DNA from: Myxococcota bacterium
Lineage (GTDB): Bacteria; Myxococcota_A; SURF-8; G963663525
Length of the DNA: 64,000 nucleotides
Direction of reading: 5' to 3'
Assembly (NCBI GenBank): GCA_963676915.2
Contig: CAXXVK010000013.1
Location: 30,609 to 94,608 of the forward strand
Below are positions 8,636 to 17,533 of the stretch, piece after piece (the stretch's first letter is position 1; each line of letters starts with the position of its first letter). A model generated the notes under the pieces. It made no database searches. It was not told the DNA's origin and was given only the letters and a program-made list of their open reading frames with translations. Position numbers and translations under genes: made by a program.

Positions 8636-10793
8636 ACGAAGGGAATATCTGGAGGCCGCAGCGCGTGAAAGCGCCGAAGCTCTGATGGGTCTGCGCCTGA
8701 GTACGGTCAAAGGCGATTTTGGCAGCCGCGAGCATTATCGGGCGGTTCGTCAGGACGTGCTGGCCGCGTTGACCCATCGGCTGGGTCTGGTCGATGGTTT
8801 TTTACCGGGACCGCTTAAAGACGTAGCCGACATGTGGCCCGAGGATCTCACGTCCGACGAAGTACGCCTGATTCACGAAATCCTGCTCGATCTCGTGCCG
8901 AAACTGGGCGATCCTTCGCAGTTGCAGCAGAACTCGGTCGAGCGCAAAGGGTTCGGGGCGTATTTCACACCGAAAGAGGTGGCCCGAGAGTTGGCCGAAT
9001 GGGCTTTGGAACCGCTGCTGGAGCGATTCGAGAGGGCGGAAGCCTCTGAGCCATACGAAAAATTATGTAAGGATTTCAAGGTGTTCGATCCCTCGATGGG
9101 AACCGGTATGCTGCTCGATGCCGCTCGGGAAACCATCGTGGACCGAATGACGGAAATCCGCGAACTCGACGCAAACGACCCACTGCGAGACGAACTTCGT
9201 AACCTCGTTCATCGAGATGTTCTCCATGGAGTGGATTTGGATGCCGCCGCCGTGCAGACAACGCGACTGGCGCTACGTTTGCGGCCCGGTAAACCTTCCC
9301 TGAGCGATCCGGGTGTTCATTTCTGGGTGGCCGATGCTCTGCGCGACCTCGTGCCGATGAGCGGCGAGTTGCTCGAAACGGCCAAAGCTCGGGATGAGCG
9401 ACGAGGTACGTTTCAGGCGGTGTTGCTCAATCCTCCTTATCTTCCCTGGTGGGTGATTCGAGAACGTCGTCCCGAACTGCTTCGACGCCGTTTCGGACCG
9501 ATGGAATTTCACGCCAGACCGTCCCATAAGGACGCCCATCCCAACGCTTACCTGTTTCACCTGGTTCTTGCGCTCGAATTGCTGGCTCCAGGTGGGAGGC
9601 TTGCGGCGATCGTACCCCAGGAATGGCGTGAAGAGTCCAAAGCGGCACCGTTTCGCGATTACCTCGAAGCGGCTTGTCGTTCGATCAAGCTGCATGTTTT
9701 TGCAGGAGACGCTCAGTTGTTTTCCGCCATGGGTGGACCGGTGGGAACCAACTCGCTGCTGTTGTTCGCAGAGCGAGGCGAGGGACCGGCGAAGGTTACG
9801 GTGGTTCGTCAACAAGGCGAAACCCAGCAAGCCACGCAGGAAAGTCTTGGTGGAAAAGACGACGCTTTTTCGGACTTTTTCGATCTTTTGCCCGAAGAAG
9901 TCGTTCCCCTGCGCGATGGTTTGGCTTTTGCCGTCGGTGGCGGGCATCAGCCGCCGGTGGATGAACTGCCGGACTTCACGTTCTCACGCGAGGAGTTGGG
10001 ACCGATTTCGGAGGACGAACTGTCGTTTTTGTATCCTGCGCTCTCGGATGCGAAAAACATCCGCCGGTACCGTATCGAACCTTCGGAGCGTTTTTGGGCT
10101 ATTCTCAATCCGTTGGGAAATTTCGATTACGCTCGGGAAAAAGCACCGAAGCTGCTCGATGCCATTGCCGCGAGGAAAAATATCTCGGGTCAGGAGGACG
10201 GGGAATGGTGGAAGTTCCCCAACGTAAGGCGGGTTGACGAGGTGTTGAGCCGTCAACCGAAGTTGCTTACGCCTCGTACGGCGGAACACAATTCGTTCGC
10301 ACTGGATGAAAACAAAGGGTATCAGATCAAAGGAACGAACTCCTGGATTCGTCCACGAGGGCGGCATTCGGTGTATTTTCTGCTTGCCGTGTTGAATTCT
10401 TCGGTGTTGGACGAAGCAGGGAACTTGCTGGGGCGCAGTTATCACGGGGGAGGACATCGCCTTTTCACGCCTGCCGAGTTGGGTGTTTTTCCGATTCGCG
10501 ATATCGATTTTCCCGAAACCGCACAAGAAAACGATTTACGGACGAAACTCTGGAAAAAGTGGAAGATACCTCTCGGACAGGGAAAATCCATTGGCGTGCG
10601 GCGGGAAATTCACCGATTGTGCATGGAAACCAATCCGCCATGCGGTTCTTTGGCTGCCGTACATGACGTGTTGGAATTTTTGGCCCGACAGCTCGTCAAA
10701 GCCTATCGGCTCGACGATCCACCGGAACAATTGGTGGATTTTTGCGAATCACTGATCGATGACATTGTTCGTAGTTTGTACCGAGTTCGATAA
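8628..10793 (+). CDS. Gamma-class N6-adenine DNA methyltransferase with TaqI_C-like target-recognition domain (no cognate endonuclease seen)
   Basis: Motif X GAYFTPKEVA, motif I VFDPSMGTGMLL, motif IV LLNPPYL, and a C-terminal YFLLAVLNSSVLD region. The GTG start overlaps the tmk stop (GTGAGTGA). Confidence 0.8.
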   Translation: MSERREYLEAAARESAEALMGLRLSTVKGDFGSREHYRAVRQDVLAALTHRLGLVDGFLPGPLKDVADMWPEDLTSDEVRLIHEILLDLVPKLGDPSQLQQNSVERKGFGAYFTPKEVARELAEWALEPLLERFERAEASEPYEKLCKDFKVFDPSMGTGMLLDAARETIVDRMTEIRELDANDPLRDELRNLVHRDVLHGVDLDAAAVQTTRLALRLRPGKPSLSDPGVHFWVADALRDLVPMSGELLETAKARDERRGTFQAVLLNPPYLPWWVIRERRPELLRRRFGPMEFHARPSHKDAHPNAYLFHLVLALELLAPGGRLAAIVPQEWREESKAAPFRDYLEAACRSIKLHVFAGDAQLFSAMGGPVGTNSLLLFAERGEGPAKVTVVRQQGETQQATQESLGGKDDAFSDFFDLLPEEVVPLRDGLAFAVGGGHQPPVDELPDFTFSREELGPISEDELSFLYPALSDAKNIRRYRIEPSERFWAILNPLGNFDYAREKAPKLLDAIAARKNISGQEDGEWWKFPNVRRVDEVLSRQPKLLTPRTAEHNSFALDENKGYQIKGTNSWIRPRGRHSVYFLLAVLNSSVLDEAGNLLGRSYHGGGHRLFTPAELGVFPIRDIDFPETAQENDLRTKLWKKWKIPLGQGKSIGVRREIHRLCMETNPPCGSLAAVHDVLEFLARQLVKAYRLDDPPEQLVDFCESLIDDIVRSLYRVR

Positions 10794-10854
10794 AGTAAGG
10801 AAATTCGCTTTTGAAATGTCGTATTTAGGGTGACTTTCGGAGGTGTAGCAAAAC

Positions 10855-10883
10855 TTGACCCTTCGAGAACATCCAACTACAAT
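10855..10883 (+). promoter_or_regulatory. Sigma70-like promoter TTGACC-17 nt-TACAAT
   Basis: -35 at 10855-10860, 17-nt spacer, -10 at 10878-10883, ~100 nt upstream of the J-domain gene. Confidence 0.5.
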
Positions 10884-10980
10884 GTTCACGGACCACAATG
10901 TTTTCTAACGTATACATTCCCTGGAGAATGGGTGGCTTGGGGGAAAAGCTTCTCACGATGACAGGAGTTTGGGTGATACT

Positions 10981-12219
10981 ATGAACGTAATGATTACCGA
11001 AGAGACGCAATTGGAGATTCGCGGCGGGATACAACTGGACAAGCGTAAGCTGTCCCCGCAAGAAGGCTTTTTGCTCTCGCGAATCAAGGGGCCGACAACC
11101 GTCAAAGAGCTGTACCGGATCAGCATGGTCGATCAGGATGCGACCGCGACGATCATCAAGCGCCTTGTGGACAACGGTATTTTGCAAAGTGTCGGGGGAA
11201 ATGCCGCTCAAGGACCGGGTGGTGTAGGACGGCGGGGAGCGCCGAAAAAAGACGAATACAACGGGTTCATTTTCGACCTTCAGTTGATGCAGGAAGATGT
11301 GGATCTGACCGTCGATCAGCGCAAAGACATCATTTTCACGCACCAGAATATGGAAGGAAAAACTTTTTTCCAGGTTCTAGGCGTACCCTACGATGCCGGT
11401 GCAGCACGGGTGAAAAAGGCATTTTTAAGCAAAAGCAAAAAATACCATCCCGACCGCTTTTTCCGCCGTCGTCTGGGTAGTTTCGAGCGGATGATCAACG
11501 AAATTTATTCTTCGCTCAGTCGCGCACAGTTCACGTTGCTGGACCCTGTCAAAAAGCGTGAATACCTCAAAAAACTGGAAAAAGAGGGTAAGCTTACCAA
11601 TTCCGATCATTTGGAAAACCTTGAAAAAGAAGAACGTGCTCGCCAGCAGAGGATTCGTGATGCGCTGAAAAACCGTCGACTGAAGCGAAATCCGTTGATG
11701 GAGAGAGTTAAAAAGGCCAAAGAATATTACGAAGCCGGTCGTATGGCGGTCGAGAGGGAAAACTACCTCGCCGCGTTGAACAATTTCCGGTTAGCTTCGT
11801 CGTTTGACCCGCACAATGAAATCTATCGTGCCAAGGTGGACGAGGTTATCGATCGCGCCAACCTGGAGCGTGCCCGCAAGATGTTGCAAAAAGCCCAGAT
11901 GGGACAAACTTACAATAGGGACGATTTTCTCGACCAATACGAAGAAGCGGCAGATCTGGGACAGAAGGATCATTCGATCCAGTTTGCAGCCGCCCAGGCG
12001 TTTCTGGAAAACGAAATGCCTGCCAAAGCTCGTACGTATCTGCGAAGGGCCGTGAAACTGGCTCCGAAAAACATCGACTACAAGATGATTCTCGGAACCT
12101 TGCTGTTGCGTACTAAAAAACGGCAGGATGCGGTTGAACTGTTTGAGGAAGTTCTCAAACTAAAACCGGGTCACGATCGGGCCAAAGAGTTGCTGAAAGA
12201 AGCGAAGAAATGGTTCTAG
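10981..12219 (+). CDS. J-domain (DnaJ-like) co-chaperone with C-terminal TPR repeats
   Basis: J domain FFQVLGVPYDAGAARVKKAFLSKSKKYHPDR (HPD motif). The C-terminus has TPR-like repeats (YYEAGRMAVERENYLAALNNFRLA, LRRAVKLAPKNIDY). Confidence 0.8.
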   Translation: MNVMITEETQLEIRGGIQLDKRKLSPQEGFLLSRIKGPTTVKELYRISMVDQDATATIIKRLVDNGILQSVGGNAAQGPGGVGRRGAPKKDEYNGFIFDLQLMQEDVDLTVDQRKDIIFTHQNMEGKTFFQVLGVPYDAGAARVKKAFLSKSKKYHPDRFFRRRLGSFERMINEIYSSLSRAQFTLLDPVKKREYLKKLEKEGKLTNSDHLENLEKEERARQQRIRDALKNRRLKRNPLMERVKKAKEYYEAGRMAVERENYLAALNNFRLASSFDPHNEIYRAKVDEVIDRANLERARKMLQKAQMGQTYNRDDFLDQYEEAADLGQKDHSIQFAAAQAFLENEMPAKARTYLRRAVKLAPKNIDYKMILGTLLLRTKKRQDAVELFEEVLKLKPGHDRAKELLKEAKKWF

Positions 12220-12421
12220 AGGTGCAACGAAAACGCCCGAACGGTTTTTTCATTGCCATGAAGCCTCCAAATGTAGTAAATCATTGCAGAAATGAATGTT
12301 TCGAATCGATAGAGATACCGTGAACATTCGTGGATTCGATCATTTTACGAAAAGATCTGTATTTTCACCCGGTTACAGTAAGTAGACATCAATCGGGTAG
12401 CCTTGGTTTTGTGGGGTAGGC

Positions 12422-14308
12422 ATGAGTCCAGTTATCGGTATTGATCTGGGAACCACCAATTCTTGTGTGGCATACATCGAAGATGGTGTGCCCATCGTGA
12501 TTCCCAATAAAGGGGGCTACAAAGTTACGCCTTCCGTGGTGGCGGTAACTCCGGCCAACAAGCGTCTCGTCGGACAACCGGCGAAACGGCAGGCCATCAC
12601 CAACCCCACCAATACAGTTTTCGCCATCAAACGTCTGACGGGTCGCATCTGGGGATCTCCCCTTGTGGAAGCTGCCCGGATTTCCAGTCCTTTCGACCTC
12701 GTGGAAGGTCAGAATCACGACGTGCGCGTCAAGATGATGGAGAAGGTTTACTCGGTTCCCGAAATCCAGGCGATGATTCTTTCCGAATTGCGTCAGGTTG
12801 CCGAAGACCACATCGGCGAGCCGGTCAACCAGGTTGTCATTACCGTCCCAGCCTACTTCAAGGACGCTCAACGACAAAGCACCAAAGATGCCGGTAAAAT
12901 CGCCGGGTTGGACGTGCTGCGCATCATCAATGAACCCACAGCGGCAGCGCTTGCCTATGGATATGGAAAGAGACTGAACAAAAAAGTCGCCATTTACGAT
13001 CTTGGCGGCGGTACCTTCGATATTTCGATTCTTGAAATTCACGATGGTGTGTTCGAAGTTCTTACCTCCAATGGTGATACTTTCCTTGGTGGCGAAGATT
13101 TCGATGCCCGTATTGTTGACTGGTTGCTGGATGAGCTGGAAGAAGCTCATGGCATCGATCTGCGCGGCGACAAAATGGCCACGCAACGTCTTAAAGATGC
13201 TGCTGAAACCGCAAAGATTGCGTTGTCCAGCTCCGAACAAACCGACATCAATCTTCCCTTCCTGGCTTCGACTCCCGAAGGAGAAGCGCTGCACCTCGAA
13301 CGCAAGCTTTTGCGTTCGGAATATGAAGAAATGGTCGAGGATCTGGTGTCTCGCACCGTGGATATCTGCGACCGTGCCTTGCAGGACATCAAGCTGAAAA
13401 AGCGCCAGATCGATGAATTGATTCTCGTCGGTGGCCAGACGCGAATGCCTTTGGTGTTCAACTCGGTCAAAGGCTTTTTCGGACGCGGACCCCTCAAGTC
13501 GCTCAATCCCGACGAAGCTGTTGCGCTTGGAGCAGCCATTCAGGCCAACATGCTCGTAGGGCAGGGGCCGATGGAGGACGAAACTACCCCATCGAAAAAG
13601 GTTCAGCAGCCTCGCAGCAATGCACTTTTGCTGGATTTGACGCCACACTCTTTGGGAATCGAAATCAGCGGTGGATACTACAAGGAAATCGTTCCGAAGG
13701 ATTCGCCGATTCCAATCAGCCGACACCACATTTTCACCACGGAACGCGACAATCAGGAAGAGGTTGACATCATCGTGGTGCAAGGTGAAGAAGTTTCCGA
13801 TGGTTCCGGCGAGAAAGGAAAAGTCCACAACTTCAACGTGCTGGGCGAATTCCGACTGACGAATATCAAAAAAGCGCCGCGTGGTGAAACCAAGATCAAG
13901 GTGTTTTTCGATATCGACGCCAACGGAACCGTCACCGTCTCGGCGATGGACATGGATACCGGCGATGAGCAGTCGATTATCGTCAATGCCGACTCCTATC
14001 TCTCCGATGGCGAAATTACCCAGATGATCGAGGACAACCGGGCGCACCTTTTGCAACGTGAACAGGAAGAAGCTCACAAACGGGCGGTGCACAACGTTCG
14101 TCAGAATCTCAAGTATATTCGAAGCGTTTTGCCTGCCGTGCGACCTCATATGGAGAGCACATCCTCTCGTCGCCGCGCCTTGGAGCAGATCGAGTACATG
14201 ATGTCCCGCGCTGACGAAGCTCTGGCCAATCAGGACACTTCGGTCCTGCTGGAACTCGAAGATTTTCTGGAAAAAACCAAAAACATCCTTCGCAAAGCAC
14301 AGAAGTAA
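12422..14308 (+). CDS. Hsp70-family chaperone (DnaK paralog)
   Basis: GIDLGTTNSCVA, VAIYDLGGGTFDIS and ILVGGQTRMP ATPase motifs plus a substrate-binding domain; 628 aa. Confidence 0.9.
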   Translation: MSPVIGIDLGTTNSCVAYIEDGVPIVIPNKGGYKVTPSVVAVTPANKRLVGQPAKRQAITNPTNTVFAIKRLTGRIWGSPLVEAARISSPFDLVEGQNHDVRVKMMEKVYSVPEIQAMILSELRQVAEDHIGEPVNQVVITVPAYFKDAQRQSTKDAGKIAGLDVLRIINEPTAAALAYGYGKRLNKKVAIYDLGGGTFDISILEIHDGVFEVLTSNGDTFLGGEDFDARIVDWLLDELEEAHGIDLRGDKMATQRLKDAAETAKIALSSSEQTDINLPFLASTPEGEALHLERKLLRSEYEEMVEDLVSRTVDICDRALQDIKLKKRQIDELILVGGQTRMPLVFNSVKGFFGRGPLKSLNPDEAVALGAAIQANMLVGQGPMEDETTPSKKVQQPRSNALLLDLTPHSLGIEISGGYYKEIVPKDSPIPISRHHIFTTERDNQEEVDIIVVQGEEVSDGSGEKGKVHNFNVLGEFRLTNIKKAPRGETKIKVFFDIDANGTVTVSAMDMDTGDEQSIIVNADSYLSDGEITQMIEDNRAHLLQREQEEAHKRAVHNVRQNLKYIRSVLPAVRPHMESTSSRRRALEQIEYMMSRADEALANQDTSVLLELEDFLEKTKNILRKAQK

Positions 14309-14320
14309 GAGGCGTGAACC

Positions 14321-15529
14321 TTGGTTGAGCTTGACAACCTGGTGAAAGCGAACCACCTGACGCCGGATCAGGCCGAAGCAGCGCAGAACGCAAGCCCTAA
14401 AAATCCTCGTTTCGCTTTTCTGTGGATTTTACGGCAAGGCTGGATGCAAGAAGATGTTCTTCGCGAACATTTTGCACAATGCACCGGTCGTTCGAGTCTT
14501 TCACTGGAGGAAATCCGACGAATCCATCCCTCTTTGCGCGAAGTGCTGCCGCCGGATTTGATCGTGCATTTTCGCGTGCTACCGTTGGATCTCATCAAAT
14601 CCAAACTGACGCTTGCGCTTTCGGTGCCGCTATCGGAGGAAGCCGTAGAGGATTTGGAGTTTTTTACTGGTTATACGATCGAGCAGATCGTGGTGAAGGA
14701 TTCCGAGTTGGTTCGTGCCATCGAATTTCATTTCGCCTTGCGTCTTGAATCGTTTGTGCGAACGGTCAAAGATATCGCGGAGTTGTCTCAAGAACAACAG
14801 ATCGAGACAGAAGACAAAGCCTCGACGCAAGAACCGGAAGTTGCCTCCACTTCGGATACTCCGAACCCCGAGGACACCGCTGGATTCCAGAATGAAGATT
14901 TCAGCGATCTCCAACGACAGATTTCGGATTTGACGATGGAATCGGGTCAATCGGCGGTGGTGTCGGTGGATTCGATGGAAATTCCGGAGGTCGAAGACGG
15001 CGAGGAAGACGAATACGAGGAATACGAGGAAGAATTCCTGCTGCCGACGGAAGAGTTGGGCGTTCAACTGGCCGAAGCGGAAAATCGCGGGGAAGTCATC
15101 GAGATTTCGATGGACTGGCTGTTGAGGTTTTTCGAGGACTCCCTATTCTGCTCGATCAAGCAAACGGTATTGGGTGGATATATTGGCAAAGGAAAGAACC
15201 TCGATAAGGAGATGGCCAAAAAGATTCAGGTCGATTTCGGTGGAGACGATGCTTTGCAGGAATTGATCGAGAATCGTACCTCGCTGATGAGCGAATCTCC
15301 AAGCCCGAAACTCGCCGAAGTGGCGGTGTTGGCCGGATATCCCGGAACGACTCCTTTGGCTGTCCTGCCTATCGAACTCAAAGGCCGCGTGATCGGGCTG
15401 TTTTTCGGCCTGTCTCCCCTGGAAGAGGATCTTACCGACGACGAGGAAGAATGGGCCGAGGTCGCCGAGCAAATCGCCGCTGCCATCGAAGTTCAAATTC
15501 TTGCACAGAAAATCGGGGTGGGGTCGTAG
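14321..15529 (+). CDS. T2SSE_N (GspE/MshE N-terminal)-domain protein with acidic linker and GAF-like C-terminal domain
   Basis: LPPDLIVHFRVLPLDLIKSKLTLALSVPLSEEAVEDLEFFTGYTIEQIVV fits the GspE_N fold signature. Two MshEN-like helices precede it. A Glu/Asp-rich linker follows, and the C-terminal LAVLPIELKGRVIGLFFG is GAF-like. TTG start 12 nt after the hsp70 stop, with AAGAGG upstream. Confidence 0.55.
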   Translation: MVELDNLVKANHLTPDQAEAAQNASPKNPRFAFLWILRQGWMQEDVLREHFAQCTGRSSLSLEEIRRIHPSLREVLPPDLIVHFRVLPLDLIKSKLTLALSVPLSEEAVEDLEFFTGYTIEQIVVKDSELVRAIEFHFALRLESFVRTVKDIAELSQEQQIETEDKASTQEPEVASTSDTPNPEDTAGFQNEDFSDLQRQISDLTMESGQSAVVSVDSMEIPEVEDGEEDEYEEYEEEFLLPTEELGVQLAEAENRGEVIEISMDWLLRFFEDSLFCSIKQTVLGGYIGKGKNLDKEMAKKIQVDFGGDDALQELIENRTSLMSESPSPKLAEVAVLAGYPGTTPLAVLPIELKGRVIGLFFGLSPLEEDLTDDEEEWAEVAEQIAAAIEVQILAQKIGVGS

Positions 15530-15628
15530 TAGAAAACTCCTTTCGTTTTCCACCCTATCCCATCATTGCCGATTCGTAACGTTTTCGGGTAGACTGGAGC
15601 GGTTTGAATCGACAAGGAGGATTTTTGC

Positions 15629-17533
15629 GTGGAGCGGCATTCCCCGATATTCGATACCCTCGAAGCGGTTCGGCGTGTACGACCGTATGCGTTCAGCGAT
15701 TTTTACCGTCGTGGACGACCGGTGCGCCGCACTCCGGAGCCTTCTCCACCTCAAGTATCGTTTCTGCTGCTCCAACGCTGTTCTTTGGGGTGTCGGTTCT
15801 GCTTTGCAGGGTCCGCATTGAAAAGGGGAGGGGAGGTGTCGTTTGCGCGTCTCAAGCCTTTGTTCGATGCCTGCCGTAACGTTCCCCGCGCCGTGATGCT
15901 GGGGGGAGAACCTTTCGAACATACCGAAATTCTTGAGATTTTAGACTATGCGATGCAATGCTTCTCGCAAGAAGTTGAAGTCTATACCAACACGGCGCAT
16001 CTGCCCGATACATTGGACGAACTAAACACCTTCTTGGAAAACCTGGGGGATGGTCAACGCAAACCTCGTCTCGTATTGACCATGGCGCTTGACCGTTATC
16101 ATGCCGAACGCCTGGGAGAAAAACGCTGCCGGGAGCGTGTGCGTCAGTGGTTGGAATTGCGGGAAAAGTACGGTCGCAAGGTGCGTTTCAATCTTACCGA
16201 CGAAGCATTTCAAAGTGAAACTTACCTGTCTCGATTCGCCGTACGAGATGTGCTTGCCGAATTTTCGCCGGAATTGGCCGATTTCTTTTTCTCGCTCGAC
16301 GATGCAAAGGACATCGAAGAGACGTTTTATTTCAATCCGGTGCAACGCCAGGGACGGCGAAAAGCCGCCGACGGTGACTCCGTACCGCTTCGGTTAAGCG
16401 AGATCGCTCGAGGCGGGGATTTGGTGATTGGTCCCGATCTCGGGGACACTTCCGAAACTCCCCCGTTGGCGCTGTTCGATTCTCTCAATTCCGCGTGGGC
16501 CTCGCCGCCACCGGCTTTCAGTCGAGTGGCGCGATTGGAAGGGGAGGGGGCGAAGGATCTGGCGATTGCCGTACGAACGGCCTTTCAGGAAAGGGCGTTT
16601 TTTACGTCAATCGATCAACCTGAATCGGGTGAGGATCAAGTACAAGCCATAGATTTTACGAGAGAATGCCTTGCTTCCATGCGTCTTGCGGCCTCTGATT
16701 CCGCTACTTTGTGGTGCCGTATGGCCGAGCGACTGTTTCGTGTGGCTTGTGATGTTGGGGAACTGACGCCGGAGGCGGCGTCCTGGACTGAAACCCAGCC
16801 GTTGCCTTTGCCTGTTTTGCATGAATTTACGGCATTGTTTATGAAAAACCATCCCGATACCGTGTCGGAATGGATTGCATCGTTTGTCAATGAACGTCTG
16901 GAAGAAACGGGAAGTGGAACCGAACCCTTGGCTCCGGTGCTGGAGACTCAATGGCTCGATCTTGAGGCGATGATTCCTTCTGAAACGCCGATTCGTTTGC
17001 CGATGCGTCACATCTGTATCGATACCGGGTTGGGATATTTTCCCGGTGAAAGCAGCCATCCGTTGCGTGTCGAAGCCTATGTCTTACCTGAACACCGGAT
17101 TCAGTGGCGTTTTCCGGGATTTCGTTCTGCTCGCGAAGGGGAGAGCGCTGCCGGAGACGGTCGCTTGTGGCTACGTTTCTGGAGACTGGTGGTAGGTGAA
17201 GCGTTTTGGCGTGTCGTGGTTCCTGTGTGGCGAGATGCGTTGGTTGATCGATATGGTAAGGAAAATCCAGCGTTGGTGTCGTGGCTCGACGAACTGGCTT
17301 TGGAAGAGGTGCCGGGAGAGGGACTGTACCGGCAATCGAGCCGCGATTCCGGCAGAATGTTTCGCTTGTTGGCTTTCGAACCTCGGCGAGGGGGCATTGA
17401 CTGGATGAACGTCGATCTCCTGCGTGCGCTGCTGAACGATCCTGGCGAAGGATGGGACGCCGACAAACTGGCATTGTTTCTCGACGGTTTGCGGGCGGCT
17501 CTGGATCGGGCCGAACGGAGGAAACAGGCATGA
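15629..17533 (+). CDS. Radical SAM protein with long uncharacterised C-terminal extension
   Basis: CSLGCRFC (CX3CX2C) near residue 51 and the VMLGGEPF GGE motif. About 380 C-terminal residues have no recognisable motif. AAGGAGG lies upstream of the GTG start. Confidence 0.7.
   Translation: MERHSPIFDTLEAVRRVRPYAFSDFYRRGRPVRRTPEPSPPQVSFLLLQRCSLGCRFCFAGSALKRGGEVSFARLKPLFDACRNVPRAVMLGGEPFEHTEILEILDYAMQCFSQEVEVYTNTAHLPDTLDELNTFLENLGDGQRKPRLVLTMALDRYHAERLGEKRCRERVRQWLELREKYGRKVRFNLTDEAFQSETYLSRFAVRDVLAEFSPELADFFFSLDDAKDIEETFYFNPVQRQGRRKAADGDSVPLRLSEIARGGDLVIGPDLGDTSETPPLALFDSLNSAWASPPPAFSRVARLEGEGAKDLAIAVRTAFQERAFFTSIDQPESGEDQVQAIDFTRECLASMRLAASDSATLWCRMAERLFRVACDVGELTPEAASWTETQPLPLPVLHEFTALFMKNHPDTVSEWIASFVNERLEETGSGTEPLAPVLETQWLDLEAMIPSETPIRLPMRHICIDTGLGYFPGESSHPLRVEAYVLPEHRIQWRFPGFRSAREGESAAGDGRLWLRFWRLVVGEAFWRVVVPVWRDALVDRYGKENPALVSWLDELALEEVPGEGLYRQSSRDSGRMFRLLAFEPRRGGIDWMNVDLLRALLNDPGEGWDADKLALFLDGLRAALDRAERRKQA

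Noticed and set aside
7847-8710. 287-aa minus-strand ORF
   Set aside because: It is antisense to tmk and to the start of the methyltransferase, and its composition (Arg/Pro/Ser-rich) is typical of a shadow frame.
8628-10793. Complete restriction-modification or BREX-type defence locus around the methyltransferase
   Set aside because: The flanking genes are tmk and a J-domain co-chaperone. No nuclease, PglZ, helicase or specificity-subunit signature appears in any frame nearby.
12389-14356. 655-aa ORF on the minus strand
   Set aside because: It is fully antisense to the Hsp70 gene, whose frame carries unmistakable ATPase motifs. The antisense translation has no motifs and is a typical shadow ORF.
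15530-15628. RiPP precursor peptide gene next to the radical-SAM pair
   Set aside because: The 100-nt gap has no ORF with an RBS. Nearby small ORFs in the track are out-of-frame overlaps of real genes, and downstream the next gene is convergent after 21 nt.
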